A stretch of 62,820 bases of DNA, from NCBI GenBank assembly GCA_902787375.1, contig CADAGD010000020.1, forward strand, positions 1 through 62,820, written 5' to 3'. This document shows positions 31,113-40,279 of the stretch, piece by piece. Below the pieces are notes generated by a model, which made no database searches, was not told the DNA's origin, and saw nothing but the letters and a program-made list of their open reading frames with translations. Source of the DNA: an uncultured Eubacteriales bacterium. Lineage in GTDB: Bacteria > Bacillota > Clostridia > Christensenellales > CAG-138. A program made the translations under genes and the position numbers. The stretch's first letter is position 1, and every line of letters begins with the position of its first letter.

Positions 31113-31742
31113 CTATGCCTTCCTTATCGGATGCCTTATGACGGTTTTGAGCCTATTGGGAGCCGTCCTTCGCGCATCGCTCATGTATATCTCGTGATGG
31201 TATCTATCCCCTATATCGAGCGTATAGCCCTTCTCTGCCATGAAGTTGTGCATCAGCTTCACCGTCGCAGGCTCGCTGTTGTATGAGCCTATATGCAGAC
31301 ATTGAACACACAAGCCTTCGTCATATGTGAAGAACTCCACATCCGAGAAGTCCGCCTTCTTCTTGGCGGAAGCCACCTTAGCAGCCCATTCAACATCCTG
31401 CTTTGTAACGAAGTCCGGCAGCCTTATGACGGATATCCACTCAAAGCTCTCCTTATTTTTGTAGTCAACTTCGGCTGCGCCCTCCTGCCACCAAAAACCC
31501 TCCAGCGGAGGAACGACGAAATCGAAGAAGCCTTCAATATTATGACCGCTTTTGCCGCTCATCCTAATGGTGTATACAACGCCGTAAAGCAGCCCTATCG
31601 CCCTCTTATACTCGCCATCCTCGGCATTCGGATCGCCCTTGCCGCGCACAGCCGCAAAATTCATCGGCGGAACAGTAACTATGTAGGGCTTGCTGCAAGG
31701 CATATAAAACTCCCTGTATTCCTTTTTAAAGTCAAATGCCAT
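31113..31742 (-). CDS. GyrI-like small-molecule-binding domain protein
   Basis: MAFDFKKEY, VVPPLEGFWW, EGLCVQCLHIGSY, HHEIYMSD, LKTVIRHP. Confidence 0.88.
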   Translation of the reverse strand: MAFDFKKEYREFYMPCSKPYIVTVPPMNFAAVRGKGDPNAEDGEYKRAIGLLYGVVYTIRMSGKSGHNIEGFFDFVVPPLEGFWWQEGAAEVDYKNKESFEWISVIRLPDFVTKQDVEWAAKVASAKKKADFSDVEFFTYDEGLCVQCLHIGSYNSEPATVKLMHNFMAEKGYTLDIGDRYHHEIYMSDARRTAPNRLKTVIRHPIRKA

Positions 31743-31778
31743 AGGTTGCTTCCTTTTTTGATCCTTTATGCCCTCGGC

Positions 31779-32432
31779 TCATTCCATGACGCTCATGCTG
31801 CAATTCAGTTGGGCAACGAGCTTATCGTAGAACGTGATGTAGAACAATATGCGCTCCCTCCATATCTCCTCCGCCGAGCGGGTTCCCATCTGTATAACCT
31901 TCATCTCATAGAGTCTGGCAAGCCTTTTAACGGATATCTCCAACTTCTCCCTTGTACTCTTCTGAATGAAGCCGTCATGGCAGAGTGTTTCGTGAATCCT
32001 GTAAGCGTCGAAACGATCTATGTTATCCGCGTCGCTTACGGAAACGGCAAATGGCGTCCTCTCTCCCGGAAAATCCGCTTTATCGTCAACATGTATGGCT
32101 ATGCCATAGCAGATTTCGTTTACGCGCTCCTCCGCCAGTCCCAGCTCCATAAGGAACGGACGCGCTATCTGCGCGGAACGCCTCCCATGCTCCTTCCAGC
32201 CGTCTTCGTCAAACTCCTCGCAATACGAGATGTCATGGAGCAAACAGGCTATTATCATCTCCGTTTCATCAAAGCCCTCCCTTATGGCTATCTGACGGCC
32301 TATGTTCGCCACACGGTATGTGTGTTCCAAACGATAAACCTTCTGCTCAGGATGAGCTGCGAAAAACTTACTCTCCTCGAACTTCTGCTTTAATAATGCC
32401 TCCGCAAGCCTTACCTGTTCCCTGTTTATCAT
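31779..32432 (-). CDS. HD domain phosphohydrolase
   Basis: RLEHTYRV, LLHDI, EHGRRSA, DADNIDR. Confidence 0.88.
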   Translation of the reverse strand: MINREQVRLAEALLKQKFEESKFFAAHPEQKVYRLEHTYRVANIGRQIAIREGFDETEMIIACLLHDISYCEEFDEDGWKEHGRRSAQIARPFLMELGLAEERVNEICYGIAIHVDDKADFPGERTPFAVSVSDADNIDRFDAYRIHETLCHDGFIQKSTREKLEISVKRLARLYEMKVIQMGTRSAEEIWRERILFYITFYDKLVAQLNCSMSVME

Positions 32433-32664
32433 ATTACACTCTCCTTACCATAGATTTTTACGCCATAGTCTATCACATTTTTATCAATAATTCAATACAT
32501 TTTTCAACATCACTTATATGTAATGTTTACTGTAAATCATGTGAATTTCCGTATCGGACAAAAAGCTTGCATTCGCACAGCAGTAAATATATTTTCACAC
32601 AGTGATGTATGCAATATCTCCAATAAACCCTAAGAAACACCTATGCTCAGACCGCAATCCTGCT

Positions 32665-33222
32665 TTATAAACGCCATTCCTTTTTCAGTATGGCATACTC
32701 CATTGTGTTTTCATAATGCGGAGTACCATCCGGCTCGTTTACAAAGGATATGAACTCCATATACATTCCCTCGCGGCGCATACCGAGCTTTTCGCAGAGG
32801 TGCTGACTTGGCAAATTATAATCCTCTGTATAGGCGTAAATGCGCCGCATACCCTTTTCATTGAACAGATAGTCGAAATACGCCCTTGCCGCCTCAAATG
32901 CGTAACCCCTGCCGGAATAATCGAGGTTCAGCATCCAGCATGGGCTGAATGTGTCCGCCGTGTTATCATCCTCCGAATGCTCATGTCCTTCGGGACATCC
33001 GAATATCTCGCCTATAATCTTTCCGCTCTCCTTCAGCTCTATGGCAAAATAGTATTCGGCGTCTTCGGCACGCTGTTTCATAGCCTCCTTCGCCTCATCG
33101 AGCGAATCAAGCTTCATCGAAGCAAAACAGTTCACCGCAGGCTCATGCAGGTATTCGTATACATCCGCCGCATCATCCTCCGTAAACGGACGGAGTCTGA
33201 GTCTTTCAGTTTCAATCATCAT
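32665..33222 (-). CDS. RimJ/RimL-type GNAT acetyltransferase
   Basis: IETERLRLRPF, YSGRGYAFEA, NLPSQHLCEKLGMRREG. Confidence 0.9.
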   Translation of the reverse strand: MMIETERLRLRPFTEDDAADVYEYLHEPAVNCFASMKLDSLDEAKEAMKQRAEDAEYYFAIELKESGKIIGEIFGCPEGHEHSEDDNTADTFSPCWMLNLDYSGRGYAFEAARAYFDYLFNEKGMRRIYAYTEDYNLPSQHLCEKLGMRREGMYMEFISFVNEPDGTPHYENTMEYAILKKEWRL

Positions 33223-33315
33223 ATCATTTACCTCTCAATACTCATTTGTATGACTATAAGTCTAACACAAACCTGCCTGCAATTCAACGTGATAATCAAA
33301 AAGGCCGTCTATATG

Positions 33316-33344
33316 TTGACAGCATTAGCCGTATGTGCTAATAT
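33316..33344 (+). promoter_or_regulatory. sigma-A promoter of the CotH-dockerin gene
   Basis: TTGACA-N17-TAATAT with TG. Confidence 0.6.
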
Positions 33345-33399
33345 ATAATAAGGAGGTTTTAAAAGCCTTTAAAAAACAGGAAAAATTCGGGGGTACAAT

Positions 33400-35202
33400 A
33401 TGAAACGATTTTTAGCTCTGTTGCTTGCCGCGCTGTTTTTTACGCTGCCTTTATCCGCTTTGGGAGAGGGGAACGCAGAGGCCGAATCCGGCGATATGAA
33501 GTCATCGGTTTATCGGCTTGAACCGCGGTATTCCGACGGCGTGGAGCTTCGGGAGAACTATGAAGGCTCCATGGAGATAATGGCACATGAAGATGGGGAT
33601 TATCTCGTCTTTGACGAAAGCAAGAGCCTTGTTGTAGAGGTTGTCCTATCGGACGGATGGTCGCTCTGTACGAGGTATTCAAGCTTCTTTACGGGGGACA
33701 GCCGCGCATATCTTTTGAACCCGGAATCAGGCGTGTACGAATACTTTTTCGATGCCGAAGCAGGCGGACGTGTCAAACTGTCCGTCTGGAATAGTGTGGC
33801 TATAAACGCCTCCTGCTCGGAGCTTCCCAAGCTCTATATAAACGCCGAGGCTTCGTTTGATGAAATCGGCAAGACGGAGTGGGTTGACGCAAGCTTTTCC
33901 CTCACTCTCGGCACCAAGGAATTCAAGAGCGGCGAATACGAGGGCAGCGGCGAGGTAAAGGGCAGGGGCAATACCTCATGGGGATATCCCAAGAAGCCCT
34001 ATTCCATCAAGCTTGACAGCAAGGCGTCCCTGCTCGACATCCCCAAGACAAAGAAATATGCCATCATACCGAGCTACACAGACGGTACTTTGATAAGGAA
34101 TTTTATCACATACAAGGTCTTTCAGGGGCTTGAGGGGATAGGCTATGTTCCCAAATGCGAACTGGTGGATGTTTATTTGAATGGCGAGTACAACGGCATT
34201 TACATACTTGTTGAGCGCATCGCCATCGAAAAGAGCAAGATAGATATTGACGAGGCTGATGCGGACAATCTTACCGGCGGCTATCTTATCGAGAAGGACG
34301 TAACCGGAAAGGTCGATTTCAACAGCGATCTGTGGTTCGATTGTCCCTACTGGGCGAATCAGACGCAGGATTATTTCGTCATGAAAGGCCCCGAACCCAA
34401 CGATCCGCAGCTTGTAAACGCCATGCTCGACTACCTTACAGGCTTCATGCAGAACGTCCACGACTGCATAATAGGCGAGAACGGCGAGGACTACACTCGA
34501 TATGTGGATGTCAGCTCATGGGTGGATTTCATAATCGTGCAGGAGATTTCCAAGAACATCGACGGCAATTTCAAAACGAGCTGTTACATGTATAAGGAAA
34601 AGGACGACGACCATCTCTATATGACCGCGCCATGGGATTTCGACTTCGCCTACGGAAGGGTATCCTGGAACAATCAAAGCGCGGAGCATAACGATGTGGA
34701 CGATTGCCCGGATGCCAATACGCCCGAAGGCTTTATGTGCGTGAACAGCTCTAATCCGTGGATGGATAAGCTCTATGATACCAAGCCGGAGTTCCGTCGT
34801 GCTCTGATGGAACGCTATACACAATACCGTCACACGCTCATTGACGAGCTTTTTGCCATGATCGAGGAGCAGGCGGCATACCTGAGCATTGTGCAGGAGC
34901 CCAATTATCAGCTCTGGAACAAGCCTTTCAATGTTGCCGTAACCAATCTCAAAAACTGGCTGACGAACAGAATCGCGTGGCTTGACGAGCAATGGCTTAT
35001 TGAGGAACCCTCCTATCAGCTTGGCGACGTCAATATGGACGGAATAATTGATTCCAATGACGCTCTCCTCCTGCTGCGCTTCTCGCTCGGACTTGCTGAC
35101 CTCGGCGATGGTATGGAGCTTGCCGACGTCAATGATGACGGCGAGGTTTCACTCGACGACGCGCTTATCGTGCTGCGTATCGCGCTGGGAATGAAGGATT
35201 GA
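33400..35202 (+). CDS. Secreted CotH-family kinase with a C-terminal dockerin
   Basis: Signal peptide; KGRGNTSW..PKKPYSIKL, YLNGEYNGIY, N.DG, PWDFDFA, WLTNRIAWLD. Dockerin GDVNMDGIIDSNDAL / ADVNDDGEVSLDDAL. Confidence 0.9.
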   Translation: MKRFLALLLAALFFTLPLSALGEGNAEAESGDMKSSVYRLEPRYSDGVELRENYEGSMEIMAHEDGDYLVFDESKSLVVEVVLSDGWSLCTRYSSFFTGDSRAYLLNPESGVYEYFFDAEAGGRVKLSVWNSVAINASCSELPKLYINAEASFDEIGKTEWVDASFSLTLGTKEFKSGEYEGSGEVKGRGNTSWGYPKKPYSIKLDSKASLLDIPKTKKYAIIPSYTDGTLIRNFITYKVFQGLEGIGYVPKCELVDVYLNGEYNGIYILVERIAIEKSKIDIDEADADNLTGGYLIEKDVTGKVDFNSDLWFDCPYWANQTQDYFVMKGPEPNDPQLVNAMLDYLTGFMQNVHDCIIGENGEDYTRYVDVSSWVDFIIVQEISKNIDGNFKTSCYMYKEKDDDHLYMTAPWDFDFAYGRVSWNNQSAEHNDVDDCPDANTPEGFMCVNSSNPWMDKLYDTKPEFRRALMERYTQYRHTLIDELFAMIEEQAAYLSIVQEPNYQLWNKPFNVAVTNLKNWLTNRIAWLDEQWLIEEPSYQLGDVNMDGIIDSNDALLLLRFSLGLADLGDGMELADVNDDGEVSLDDALIVLRIALGMKD

Positions 35203-35240
35203 TATTTAATGGCAAATGCCTTGCTCCAAATGAATGTATT

Positions 35241-35453
35241 ATGTATAGACGTATTCGTGAACTGCGTGAGGACAACGATTTGCTGCAAAAGGACTTGGCA
35301 AAGTATCTGAATTGTACGCAGGTTGCTTATTCACGATATGAACTTGGGACAAGAGATATTCCCACAGAAGTCTTGATTGCTTTGGCAAAGCTTTACAATA
35401 CCACGACTGATTATATTTTAGGTTTGAGTAAGCAGAGGAATGTCATTAAATGA
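35241..35453 (+). CDS. Small XRE-family HTH regulator
   Basis: MYRRIRELREDNDLLQKDLAKYLNCTQVAYSRYELG.RDIP. Confidence 0.88.
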   Translation: MYRRIRELREDNDLLQKDLAKYLNCTQVAYSRYELGTRDIPTEVLIALAKLYNTTTDYILGLSKQRNVIK

Positions 35454-35462
35454 AAGTGAAAT

Positions 35463-35544
35463 CTTTTGCCTCCTCAGATCTTAACCTTTACCGCAAAGCC
35501 CGAAGGCCAGAATTAAAAAGTTCGTCTGATTCTGCTTTGGTGGA
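35463..35544. repeat. ~82-bp imperfect direct repeat / distal att-like site (copy 1)
   Basis: Matches 40842-40922; both copies end in GTTCGTCTGATTC(T/C)GCTTTGGTGGA. Confidence 0.85.
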
Positions 35545-35715
35545 ACAGCATCGTTCACCGCTGAACATGTGCCGCAATCAGCCTCTCAAACGATAGGTGC
35601 ACCTTTTCAAACGATAGGATGCACCCGTTTGCACCCGCTTGTGTACATTTCAAAAAGACTTGACTTTTGTGCCTTTTTGAGCGATAGATAGCACAACCGC
35701 AAGGAGGTGCTGTCA

Positions 35716-35943
35716 ATGGAGCCAGTGTGCAATAACGATCGTGAGGGACAGATCATAAGGGATTGCCGCATCGAGCTGGGACTGACCCAGGAGCAGGCGG
35801 CGATGGAGCTCGGCATAAGCCTGCAGCAGTATCAGCGATACGAATATGGGGAGCGCAGGTTCTCAAACTGCCCCATGCGGATAGGCCTCCGCATTTGTGC
35901 TGTGTTGGAGCTCGATCCTTTTGAAGTCGTCGGAGCGGAATGA
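35716..35943 (+). CDS. Small XRE-family HTH regulator
   Basis: RIELGLTQEQAAMELGISLQQYQRYEYGER; AAGGAGG RBS. Confidence 0.85.
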   Translation: MEPVCNNDREGQIIRDCRIELGLTQEQAAMELGISLQQYQRYEYGERRFSNCPMRIGLRICAVLELDPFEVVGAE

Positions 35944-36711
35944 TTACAGATCCGCCTGCTTGTTTACCAGATCCTTTACCACCTCGCCGCAGATGATCAG
36001 CCCGGCGACGGATGGCACGAACGCCGTCGAGCCCGGGATATCCCTTCTTACCGTGCATTTTCTTGCAGTGCCGGGCGGGCATACGCAGTGCGTGCGGCAG
36101 CTTATCTCCATATCCTCGTCGGGGCGGATCGGCTGCTCCCTGGAATAGACGACCTTGAGACGCTTTATACCGCGCTTTTTCAGCTCCCGTCGCATTACGC
36201 GCGCTAAGGGGCAGATGGAGGTTTTGTAGATATCGGCCACCTCGAATGCGGTGGGATCGAGCTTGTTGCCCGCGCCCATGCAGCTTATGATGGGCGTGCC
36301 CGCGGCGTTCGCCCGCATGACGAGCTCTATCTTGCCCGTCACGGTATCTATCGCGTCGATGACGTAATCGAATACGGTAAAATCGAATTCATCGGCGGTC
36401 TCGGGCGTGAAGAAGGTCTTGTACGTGCGGACGACGCAGTCGGGGTTGATATCGTGTATGCGCTCCTCCGCGACGTCCACCTTGTATTTGCCTATGGTCT
36501 TTCTCGTCGCGTGGAGCTGACGGTTGAGGTTGGTCAGGCAGATACGGTCGTCGTCGATGAGATCGAGCGCGCCGACGCCGCTTCGCGCGAGCGCCTCCAC
36601 GGCATAGCCGCCCACGCCGCCGATACCGAATACCGCGACGCGGGAAGCCTTGAGCTTTTCTATTCCTTCTCTGCCTAAAAGCAGCTGTGTTCTTGAAAAT
36701 TGATCGAGCAT
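35944..36711 (-). CDS. tcdA: tRNA threonylcarbamoyladenosine dehydratase (ThiF/E1-like)
   Basis: FSRTQLLLG, GIGGVGG, TNLNRQ, DAIDT, MGAGNKLDP, CPLARVMR, PGSTAFVPSVAG. Confidence 0.92.
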   Translation of the reverse strand: MLDQFSRTQLLLGREGIEKLKASRVAVFGIGGVGGYAVEALARSGVGALDLIDDDRICLTNLNRQLHATRKTIGKYKVDVAEERIHDINPDCVVRTYKTFFTPETADEFDFTVFDYVIDAIDTVTGKIELVMRANAAGTPIISCMGAGNKLDPTAFEVADIYKTSICPLARVMRRELKKRGIKRLKVVYSREQPIRPDEDMEISCRTHCVCPPGTARKCTVRRDIPGSTAFVPSVAGLIICGEVVKDLVNKQADL

Positions 36712-36737
36712 ATGTAATTCTCCGATTTCTATTCTGC

Positions 36738-37241
36738 TTATTCCGTCGGCCCCTTCCACGAGGCGAAGCTGTCCCTCATGGCATCGAGCGAAACCACGGG
36801 AACGGTGATGCTGTCCTCGCCTATAACGGCGCCTTCTATGGGCCAGGGGAAGCAGCCGCTTGAGGAAAGGCCCACCTGCTCCGAGGTAAAGGCGTTGCCG
36901 CAGTTCTCACAGATAAGGACCTCGCCCCGCTGTACGAAATACGCCTTTGGAGAGGGAGAACAGCTCTTGCAGGTGTTGTATGAGATGTGCGCCTTGCCGC
37001 CCGGATCACGGATGGCGAGGAGCTGCACCGTCACGCCGTCCGCGTCGTAGTTATAGAACGAAGCGACGGTCGTTATATTCTCCAACGGGATAACGACGTT
37101 CCCATCCGCGTCCGCAGTGATGGACGAATACTCGTGCGCAAGCGCAGGCGTATCGTTCCTTTCCCCGCTTTGGACGCAGGCAGCGAGCGCCGCGCAAAGG
37201 CAGAACAGCATTATAATAACAAGTTTCTTTTTGACCCTCAT
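36738..37241 (-). CDS. DUF2318-like Cys-rich (Fe-S/metal) lipoprotein
   Basis: Lipobox LAAC; NTCKSC, ICENCGN.F, GCFP.P. Confidence 0.8.
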   Translation of the reverse strand: MRVKKKLVIIMLFCLCAALAACVQSGERNDTPALAHEYSSITADADGNVVIPLENITTVASFYNYDADGVTVQLLAIRDPGGKAHISYNTCKSCSPSPKAYFVQRGEVLICENCGNAFTSEQVGLSSSGCFPWPIEGAVIGEDSITVPVVSLDAMRDSFASWKGPTE

Positions 37242-38564
37242 TTATGAGCCTCCTTTGGTAAAATATCCCGGATCGTCTATGACCTTTATCCTGTTCCTGA
37301 TCATGTTCATCCAGCAGGTGAAGGTATAATCGCCTGTTTCCGACGGTGTAAACTCTATCACGTTGTCGCCGGGGCTTATTTTTACGTCGAATCCGAAGTC
37401 TTGGCTTACTGTCTCGTTATTGCAGCCGGTTATCTTCCCCTTGTCGGCGTGAAGTATCACTCGCACGGGAACGCCCTTCTGCACGATAATATCGCCGAAG
37501 CTGTCGTAGTCGAGCTCCAGCTCCACCGTCTGCACGCCGTCCCCGAGCACGGCTGCGGTATAGCCCTCGTATTTCTGCGGCAGTATGCGCGTCACATCCA
37601 TGCCCAGCGCAAGCAGCCCGCGGCTCAGCATCGAAAAGGAGAGCACGAGTATCAGCACGGAGGCGACCTTGCCGATGATGGCCCTCGCTTTGCCGCGCGT
37701 CAGGTTTATGAGCGCGCCGGAGGCGAGCATCAGCGGCACTGTGCCGAGCGCGAACAGCAGCATTGCAAGAGCGCCCTTCAGGAAGCTCCCTGTGGAAAGC
37801 GCGTAAAGCTGCATTGCCTGCAGGGGCCCGCAGGGCATGAGGCCGTTAAGCAGACCCATAAGGAACGCGCCGAGCCTGCCGCGGCTCTTGATATTAAAGA
37901 GCTTTGGCAGGCGGATATCGACTATGCCGAGCATCGAAAGCGCCATGAAAAACATAAACATGGCGGCGATGAGTATTATGACGCCGCGAAGCGTTTGGCT
38001 TATGCTTAATACGCTCCCTATAAGCCCGACCAAGCCGCCGATCAGAGTGTACGACAGCACGCGGCCAAGGTTATAGAGGATCGGTCGGCGCAGACTGCGC
38101 GCGCCTGTTTTCTCGGACGAAGCGTATATGCCTATCGCTCCGCACATCAAAACGCAGTGAATGCTCGTCAGTAAGCCGGTCACGAAAAGCATGCCGTAGG
38201 AAACGCCGCTGTCCACCGCCGGGATCGCGTTGAAGATATTGTAACCGAACAGCTTGTTGATAAGGAAAGTGAGCAGGACTATCGCGGCGGTAATGCCGAG
38301 CACCTCGTACCATTTGATCGTCAGCCTGCTTCGTTTGGTGCTTATTTTGCTTTCGTCCGTTTCATAGCCCGCGTTTTTTATCGCGGTCACTATTCCTTCG
38401 GGATCGAGCGGGCTGACCGAAACGACCTCAGCGATATTTCCGCACATGGAAACGCCCGTCACGCCGCTAAGCCCTTCAAGGGCCAGCGCGACGGTATCGG
38501 CGCAATGCTCACAGTACATCCCTTCCACGCGGACGTACAGGCGGTTCTTATCATCGGTCTTCAT
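37242..38564 (-). CDS. HMA + TauE/SafE(DsbD_2)-like membrane domain + cupredoxin fusion
   Basis: VEGMYCEHC, SIHCVLMCG, YNLGRVLSY, GLMPCG, FALGTVP, FTCWMNMI. Confidence 0.88.
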   Translation of the reverse strand: MKTDDKNRLYVRVEGMYCEHCADTVALALEGLSGVTGVSMCGNIAEVVSVSPLDPEGIVTAIKNAGYETDESKISTKRSRLTIKWYEVLGITAAIVLLTFLINKLFGYNIFNAIPAVDSGVSYGMLFVTGLLTSIHCVLMCGAIGIYASSEKTGARSLRRPILYNLGRVLSYTLIGGLVGLIGSVLSISQTLRGVIILIAAMFMFFMALSMLGIVDIRLPKLFNIKSRGRLGAFLMGLLNGLMPCGPLQAMQLYALSTGSFLKGALAMLLFALGTVPLMLASGALINLTRGKARAIIGKVASVLILVLSFSMLSRGLLALGMDVTRILPQKYEGYTAAVLGDGVQTVELELDYDSFGDIIVQKGVPVRVILHADKGKITGCNNETVSQDFGFDVKISPGDNVIEFTPSETGDYTFTCWMNMIRNRIKVIDDPGYFTKGGS

Positions 38565-38589
38565 GCGTTTCCCTTTTCACAGTCAACTT

Positions 38590-39741
38590 TCAGTAATCCT
38601 CCAAGAAGCTGTGCCTTATCCCGTCCTTCTTATACTCGATCACTGTATCGAGGTTGACGTTCTCCATGCTCCTGAAGATATTGGCTTCGATATTTGGGTT
38701 GTCCTTTTTAAGCTCGGCTATAAGGTTTTTGATATCAAGCCGTTTAGAGGACGTCGTCCCGTCTGTGTGGCAGGTGGTGCAGGTGTCGGTAAAATGGCAG
38801 GCACACTGCAGAAAATGCAACTCGTTAAAGTCCCTCCACGCGCAGATATCCTTCTCCCGTATAAGATACATCGGCCTTATAAGCTCCATGCCCTCGAAGT
38901 TCGTGCTCCTGAGCTTCGGCATCATAGTCTGGATCTGTCCGCCGTGGAGCATACCCATCAGGATCGTTTCTATAACGTCGTCATAGTGATGCCCCAAAGC
39001 GATCTTATTGCACCCGAGCTCCTTCGCCTTGCTGTAAAGGTGTCCGCGTCTCATTCTGGCGCAGATATAGCACGGGCTTTTCTCTATTCCATCGACCGCG
39101 TTGAAAATATCGCTTTCAAATACGTTTATAGGGAGCCCCAACGCCTCCGCGTTGCGTTCGATCAGCGCTCTGTTTTCCCTGTTATAACCGGGATCCATCA
39201 CAAGGAACGTGAGCTCGAAGCCGACTTTTCTGTGCCGCTGTATCTCCTGAAAGAGCTTTGCCATCAACATGGAGTCCTTGCCGCCTGAAATGCATACGGC
39301 GATCCGGTCCCCTTCGCCTATGAGCTCGTAGGTCTTGCAGGCCTTCGCAAACGGAGAAAACAGGCGGGTATGAAACCTCGTGCGGATGCTTTCCTCCGCT
39401 CTGCGCTGTTTTTCCACCCTGTCGGCTTCCGAAAGAAACCCGGTGCTGATATAGCGGGCATATCCGCCTTCAAGGCTCAGGCATTCACGCTCCGAAAAAA
39501 AGGGAAGATCTTCAAGCTCTTTCGTTCTGCGGCCGATCTGGCAGTAGAATACGAGCGTTTTGTCCTTCGAAAGGCCGGATATCTTTTTCCCAAAATCCGA
39601 ATCCGATTCTTCGAGCGGGATATTGACCGCACCGGGGATCATGCCGTATTGAACAAGCCTCTCATCCCTGACATCGATCAGTTCATAGGATTCCCTTGGC
39701 ATTTTCAAAAGCTTTTCAACGGATATTTCTTTCATTGTCAT
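38590..39741 (-). CDS. ttcA: Rhodanese-domain + TtcA-family tRNA thiolation (PP-loop) fusion protein
   Basis: LIDVR...GMIPGAVNIP...FYCQIG (rhodanese); SGGKDS, CYICARMRRG, GHHYDD, IRPM, CAC..C..C. Confidence 0.85.
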   Translation of the reverse strand: MTMKEISVEKLLKMPRESYELIDVRDERLVQYGMIPGAVNIPLEESDSDFGKKISGLSKDKTLVFYCQIGRRTKELEDLPFFSERECLSLEGGYARYISTGFLSEADRVEKQRRAEESIRTRFHTRLFSPFAKACKTYELIGEGDRIAVCISGGKDSMLMAKLFQEIQRHRKVGFELTFLVMDPGYNRENRALIERNAEALGLPINVFESDIFNAVDGIEKSPCYICARMRRGHLYSKAKELGCNKIALGHHYDDVIETILMGMLHGGQIQTMMPKLRSTNFEGMELIRPMYLIREKDICAWRDFNELHFLQCACHFTDTCTTCHTDGTTSSKRLDIKNLIAELKKDNPNIEANIFRSMENVNLDTVIEYKKDGIRHSFLEDY

Positions 39742-39838
39742 ATGGAACCTTTCAGTGGCTTGCCGATACTGTAACATTTCGTCCGTACAGACGGATGGTT
39801 TTGGAAATCGCTTTCCGTAAGCACTCTCCCGAGAGCGA

Positions 39839-40054
39839 TTATCTTACGAACGGCGCTCTGTATTCGGCGTTGATCTCGCTTATCTCCTTAAGCCCGTCGA
39901 TGTAGGGCTGATAGATAGCCTCGATCCTGCCGCCGCCTCTGTTATCGCACCCCGATCAGAATTCGCAGTCGCTCCCGCAGCTGCCGTAAAGCGCCTTTCG
40001 GATTATCTCCTCTCGTTCTTCGCGTGTGGTGTCTTTAATTAGGATCGATCTCAT
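39839..40054 (-). CDS. 71-codon Cys-rich small protein with an in-frame UGA (candidate selenoprotein, or a pseudogene); not in the ORF track
   Basis: MRSILIKDTTREEREEIIRKALYGSCGSDCEF[UGA]SGCDNRGGGRIEAIYQPYIDGLKEISEINAEYRAPFVR-TAA; TGA at 39958-39956. Confidence 0.7.
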
Positions 40055-40140
40055 TATTCAAATATACGCCTTTCCGATTTTCCGCTTATTTCAAGTAAAG
40101 TCTATCATATTTCCGGCGCTTTTTCAATCAGGACTAAGAA

Positions 40141-40195
40141 AAAAAACGCTTCCGCCGCCCGCTGCGCGCGATACGGGAGCGGCTTTTTTCTTTTC
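40141..40195. terminator. Bidirectional terminator-like hairpin downstream of the GNAT gene
   Basis: A-tract, CGCTTCCG...CGGGAGCG, T-tract. Confidence 0.5.
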
Positions 40196-40279
40196 TTCGA
40201 AAAATACTTTTATCATTTTCACCTCAAAAAATAGATTCAGCGGGATTTATGATAATTATTTTCCCTGCACGGCGTTCCG

